This document shows positions 55,669-59,792 of a stretch of DNA of 59,792 bases, piece after piece. Position numbers and translations under genes: made by a program. Within the stretch, counting starts at the first letter, position 1; every line of letters begins with the position of its first letter. The DNA lies in NCBI GenBank assembly GCA_033762295.1, contig JANRLW010000030.1:1-59792 (forward strand), read 5' to 3'. Under the pieces are notes generated by a model. It was not told where the DNA came from, did no database searches, and saw only the letters and a list, made by a program, of their open reading frames with translations. This stretch comes from Capsulimonadales bacterium. GTDB lineage: Bacteria; Armatimonadota; Armatimonadia; Armatimonadales; Armatimonadaceae.

Positions 55669-57477
55669 ATGGGGAAAGGTATGGAGAAACACATCGAGGC
55701 GCAGATCGAGGCGGCGTTCGGGTTCGTTCCGCCCCTGTTTCGCAGGCTTCGCAGTCACCCGCAACTGCTCGAAAGCCTCTGGCTGCAGGCGCGGACCGCG
55801 CATATCGAAAACCCGCTGCCCACACTCTTCAAGGAGAAACTGGCCGCCTTTCTCTCCCGGTACTCGCCGGTCCCCTATGCCTTGATCTCCCATAGCGTGG
55901 CCTGGAACGCACTGGGCGGGTCTCCCGGCGAGATCGTGGCCTTCCTGGAAACACCGCCATCCGATCCCGATGAACTTCGGGCGGTCCTGTCCTCGCTGCC
56001 CGATGCGGCCTTCGGAGCGGCCACATTCCCGGCGGACGGAACCGCCGAGGAGCGCGCTCTGGTCGACGCCGCGTTTCTGTTGACGGACGGGGAGGAGTCC
56101 ATGCGGCAGGAACTCCGACGATTGCTTCCGGAACCGCTGTTTTCGTCTCTGATCGCGCTGATGGCGTACGTTCGCACGGTCCGGAGCTGGCTGACGGCGC
56201 TGCCCGAACTCGCCTGGGACGCCGGGGAGCGTTCGGCCGGCTTGCCGGGGTCGCTTCTGACCGCGGACCCTGCGTTCGGGGATTTTGTTCGGACCTACGT
56301 CGAACGGGTGCGCCATGAGTCCCGGTCACGGAGCGTGAACGGCGACATCGCCCGCCAGCTGGCCGAAAGCGAGGAGCGATACCGCGCCCTCGTCGAGACG
56401 ACGACCCAGATCGTCTTTCGAGCCGACGGGAGCGGGTACGTTTTCGAGGCGAGCGGGATGGAGGAGATTACCGGGCGGTCGTCCGACAACCCGATCCGCG
56501 ATTTTCTCGAGGTGATGCACCCCGACGACCGCGCCGCCACGGTGGCGATCTGGCAGCATGCGCTGGAGACGAAAACGCCGTATCGCGCCGAGTTTCGTAT
56601 CCGCCGGCGTAACGGACAGTATGCCTATTTCAACGGATTCGCCGTCCCGCTGTTACGTCCCGACGGCAGTGTCCGCGAATGGGTAGGCACCAATACCGAT
56701 ATCGACCGGGAGAAGCGCACAGAAGCCCTCCTGCGACACGAATACGAAAAACAGCGACGGATCGCCGACATTCTTCAGCGGTCGCTGCTGGCGACCGCCC
56801 CCTACGATTCCCTGCCCGGCCTGACATTCGCCACGATCTATGAACCGTCGGGGCGGGACGCCATGGTCGGCGGCGACTTCCATGACAAGATACTGATCTC
56901 CTCGGACCTGGTCGCTCTGGTGGTCGGAGACATCGCCGGAAAGGGACTGGAAGCGGCAGCCCATACCGCGCAGGCCAAATTCACATTGCGCGCCTACCTC
57001 CGTGAGTACACCGATGCCGGTCGGATTCTGAATCGCCTCAATCGTTTCTTCTGGGAGAACGGACGGGAGGACGAATCTCCTTTTCTCTGCCTGGCGCTCG
57101 CCGTCATCGATGTGCGAACCGGGGCGACGGGCCTTGCCGTCGCCGGTGCCGAACCGCCGCTGATCGTCGGAGCGGACGGAGAACTCCGGCTGGTCTCTCA
57201 GGGAGACATCCCGCTCGGAGTTCTGCCGAATACCGAGTATGAAACCGTGACCGTGGACCTGAGGTACGGCGATACTCTGGTCCTGATGAGCGACGGAGTG
57301 ACCGAGGCGCGCCGCTATGACGGCCTTTTCGGCCTGGAGGGCGTCCGCCGGGTTCTGACGCGCGACTTCCGCGAACCGGTGGATCGCATCGCCGTCTCCA
57401 TTGTCGAAGCGGCGCGGGCGCACGGAGGCGGATTTCTGAGCGACGACGTCTGCATGGCTCTGGTGCGCCGCAACTGA
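55669..57477 (+). CDS. CMD-like + PAS + SpoIIE/PP2C phosphatase signalling protein
   Basis: FGFVPPLF N-domain; PAS HPDD..WVGTNTDID; LQRSLL, VGGDF, GDIAGKG, SDGVTEAR, DDV. Confidence 0.9.
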   Translation: MGKGMEKHIEAQIEAAFGFVPPLFRRLRSHPQLLESLWLQARTAHIENPLPTLFKEKLAAFLSRYSPVPYALISHSVAWNALGGSPGEIVAFLETPPSDPDELRAVLSSLPDAAFGAATFPADGTAEERALVDAAFLLTDGEESMRQELRRLLPEPLFSSLIALMAYVRTVRSWLTALPELAWDAGERSAGLPGSLLTADPAFGDFVRTYVERVRHESRSRSVNGDIARQLAESEERYRALVETTTQIVFRADGSGYVFEASGMEEITGRSSDNPIRDFLEVMHPDDRAATVAIWQHALETKTPYRAEFRIRRRNGQYAYFNGFAVPLLRPDGSVREWVGTNTDIDREKRTEALLRHEYEKQRRIADILQRSLLATAPYDSLPGLTFATIYEPSGRDAMVGGDFHDKILISSDLVALVVGDIAGKGLEAAAHTAQAKFTLRAYLREYTDAGRILNRLNRFFWENGREDESPFLCLALAVIDVRTGATGLAVAGAEPPLIVGADGELRLVSQGDIPLGVLPNTEYETVTVDLRYGDTLVLMSDGVTEARRYDGLFGLEGVRRVLTRDFREPVDRIAVSIVEAARAHGGGFLSDDVCMALVRRN

Positions 57478-57512
57478 CGTCCGTCCCGACGAAGGTCGTT
57501 GGTTTCGGTCGT

Positions 57513-57788
57513 CTATTTCAGTTCGAACTCCTTGAGGATGCGCTCGGTCTTGACCTCGTTGATCTTGTTGACGATCTTGCGGGCCTCGTGCCGGTCGCGC
57601 AGGGTTTTGGAGAGCACGATCGTCGAACTGATGACGAAGAAAAGCCCCATGCACAGGTAGCCTCGAATGCGGACCTCCACCGGAAGGTCCCAGATACCGA
57701 CCACCATGGCGATCAGGGAGAGAGCGAACGTGATCTGAGTAAAGGCGATAAAGGCGGGCGAATCCTGATTCAGTCCGGGTTGTTCCAT
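57513..57788 (-). CDS. YiaA/YiaB two-helix inner membrane protein
   Basis: GIWDLP..RGYL.MG..LSKTLRDRHE. Confidence 0.88.
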   Translation of the reverse strand: MEQPGLNQDSPAFIAFTQITFALSLIAMVVGIWDLPVEVRIRGYLCMGLFFVISSTIVLSKTLRDRHEARKIVNKINEVKTERILKEFELK

Positions 57789-57926
57789 TAGGGTCGTCCT
57801 TTCGCGGCGTGGTCCGCGTTCCTGGGATGATTTCAGGATATCGCCGCCCGGAGCGGACGACCTGAGACGAAAGGCTCCGTTTTCGGCGGGAGCGGATAGG
57901 TCGAAGGTCCCGGCTACTTCGGACGG

Positions 57927-59021
57927 CTACTTCAGCGGAATGGGCCGACGCTCCGGCGTCTGCCAGACCTGATACAGTTCCAGCCCGAGACGACCGAGAT
58001 AGTCGCGTCCCCGCCCTTCGTTCTCGATCACTTCGATCCATTCCGCCGGGATGGCCGCGTGTCCGAGGTACGCTCCCGAGACGGTGCCGCACAGCGCGGC
58101 CTGCGTATCGGTAGCGCCTCCCATACGCACGGCGAAACGGGTCGCGTCCTCGAACGATCGGGGATGCAAAAGGAAGGCGCATAGCGCCAGCGGCACCGAG
58201 GCGGAGGCTTCGCTGGAATGGCCGAGGGTCTCGGTCGCCATGCGGGGCGTGACGTCGCCGCCACGCAGATGCCGCGTGACCAGTCCGCGCAGGGCGGTCA
58301 ACGCCTCCTGATAGACCGCCTGACGGGTACAGAACCCGTCCTCCAACTCGTCCAGGAAGGCCAGAGGATCGAAATCGGCGAACGGATCAAGGCGAACGGC
58401 CACCGCGACGGCAAGCGCCTGAAGGACGGCACCCTCGATACCGAGGGGATGCGCATGGGTGATGGACGTCGCCAGTTCGACGACACGCCGCAGATTACCG
58501 CTATTCAGATCATGGAAGAGAAGGCCGATCGGGCCGACGCGGGCCGCGCCGCCGTTGCAGGAGGAACCCTGGCCGCCGAAAACCTGCGTCCCGGCCGCGT
58601 TCCACGGCACGCCACGCCGCAGATGCTGAATCACGCAGAAGATCCCCGGGCCGTAACTGCGTCCGGCATCGAAATTCTCCGCCAGACGGCGCGCCATATC
58701 CTCCCCGTCGAAGCGTCCGCTGGCGACCAGCGACTCGGTGACGGAGATGGTCATCTGCGTGTCGTCGGTATAGTGGAAGCGACTGTGTCCGAACCGACCG
58801 GTCAGCGGACCGAGAACGCCTTCGTAGAGGGCGCGGTAGGCCGAATCCTTCGGGAGGCGCGCCATCAGGGACAGGGCTTCCTCCACCCGTTCGGCGTTCC
58901 ATCCCTGGGTCGGCGCTCCGAATCCGTCGGCGACCATCCCACCCAGGAGAGAGCCAAGGAACTTGGCGCGAACGGTCACCACGTTGCGTTGCCCCTCCGA
59001 TGTCAGGCTCTCGCTTCTCAT
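57927..59021 (-). CDS. ADP-ribosylglycohydrolase family protein
   Basis: YTDDTQMT, GS.CNGGAARVGP, ITHAHP, TDTQAALCGTVSGA. Confidence 0.92.
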   Translation of the reverse strand: MRSESLTSEGQRNVVTVRAKFLGSLLGGMVADGFGAPTQGWNAERVEEALSLMARLPKDSAYRALYEGVLGPLTGRFGHSRFHYTDDTQMTISVTESLVASGRFDGEDMARRLAENFDAGRSYGPGIFCVIQHLRRGVPWNAAGTQVFGGQGSSCNGGAARVGPIGLLFHDLNSGNLRRVVELATSITHAHPLGIEGAVLQALAVAVAVRLDPFADFDPLAFLDELEDGFCTRQAVYQEALTALRGLVTRHLRGGDVTPRMATETLGHSSEASASVPLALCAFLLHPRSFEDATRFAVRMGGATDTQAALCGTVSGAYLGHAAIPAEWIEVIENEGRGRDYLGRLGLELYQVWQTPERRPIPLK

Positions 59022-59178
59022 CTTTAAGGTACCTTTGCTGCTTTCCCGAAAGGACGCAACGGCGCGCCGGTCCTCACAGTCTTTCTGTAGTAGACAATAG
59101 TAGACACAAGTTTATTATCGGCAGTTATTCGCAGTAATCTTACCGCAAGTGTCGGAAGATGCGCTATGCGAACAGTTG

Positions 59179-59792
59179 TTATCCTGCTCCCTTTTTCGGC
59201 GGATTTTCTGAGATTTCCTCGAATCGATCGATATCGGCGCGCAGAACGGCGAGGCTGTCGGCCCAGAAAGAGGTGTCGCGCAGATCGAAACCGAACCGAT
59301 CGCCCAGCTCCGCCGCGGTCGCCATCGCGGTCGAGGACAGCAGGTCATCGTAGCGTTCCCGGAAATTGTCGGGTTCGGCCTGGTAGCGGGCGTAGAGACC
59401 CAGACCGAACAGCAGACCGAACATATACGGGAAGTTATAAAAGGTCGAACCGTAGTAATGCCCTTTCGCCGCCCACATGAACGGATGCAGGGCATTCTCG
59501 TCCAGACCGTCGCCGTACGTTTCCAGTTGTGCCCGGCGCATGATGTCGCACAGTTCGTCGACCGAAAGATCCCGGATTTGACGGCGTTCGATCACTTCGC
59601 GTTCAAAGAGGAACCGACTGGTGATATCGACGACGACCTGGCAGGAACCCTGCAGCGAGGCTTCCAGAATCGCCATCCGTTCCTCCTCCGTGCCCTGTTC
59701 CAGGGCGGCGCGCTTGATGATCGTTTCGCAGAAGATGGAAGCGGTCTCGGCCAGCGTCATCGGTGTTCCCCGCTGCAGCGGCGTGCGCCCCG
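59179..59792 (-). CDS. pepF: M3 family oligoendopeptidase F, 3' part
   Basis: PMTLAETASIFCE, SRFLFE, WAAKGHYY, FYNFPYMFG. Confidence 0.9.
   Translation of the reverse strand, partial: GRTPLQRGTPMTLAETASIFCETIIKRAALEQGTEEERMAILEASLQGSCQVVVDITSRFLFEREVIERRQIRDLSVDELCDIMRRAQLETYGDGLDENALHPFMWAAKGHYYGSTFYNFPYMFGLLFGLGLYARYQAEPDNFRERYDDLLSSTAMATAAELGDRFGFDLRDTSFWADSLAVLRADIDRFEEISENPPKKGAG

Overview
High-GC bacterial chromosomal segment, most likely Armatimonadota (inferred from two '[29 protein letters not shown]' prepilin/DUF1559 genes, a DUF1553-DUF1501-sulfatase cluster and a Terrabacteria-type rpsU-pgpH-ybeY-dgkA-corC operon). Most of the window is housekeeping and metabolic genes, plus one tRNA (CAT anticodon, probably Ile2) and a yybP-ykoY Mn2+ riboswitch upstream of an unknown secreted protein. 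The standout is a compact ~6 kb head-only Mu-like virion module (47885-53805): holin-like protein, protease/scaffold, cement protein, gpT major capsid, connector, TerL, DUF935 portal and head-closure-like protein. Its catalytic motifs are intact and most genes share a GAAAGG(A/G)G ribosome-binding site. A divergent RHH regulator and a 42-bp palindrome with a LexA-box-like core lie upstream. No tail, integrase/transposase, replication, TerS or endolysin gene is recognisable. It is a candidate domesticated gene-transfer-agent-like or tail-borrowing capsid system. All family assignments come from motif recognition by eye, not from database searches.
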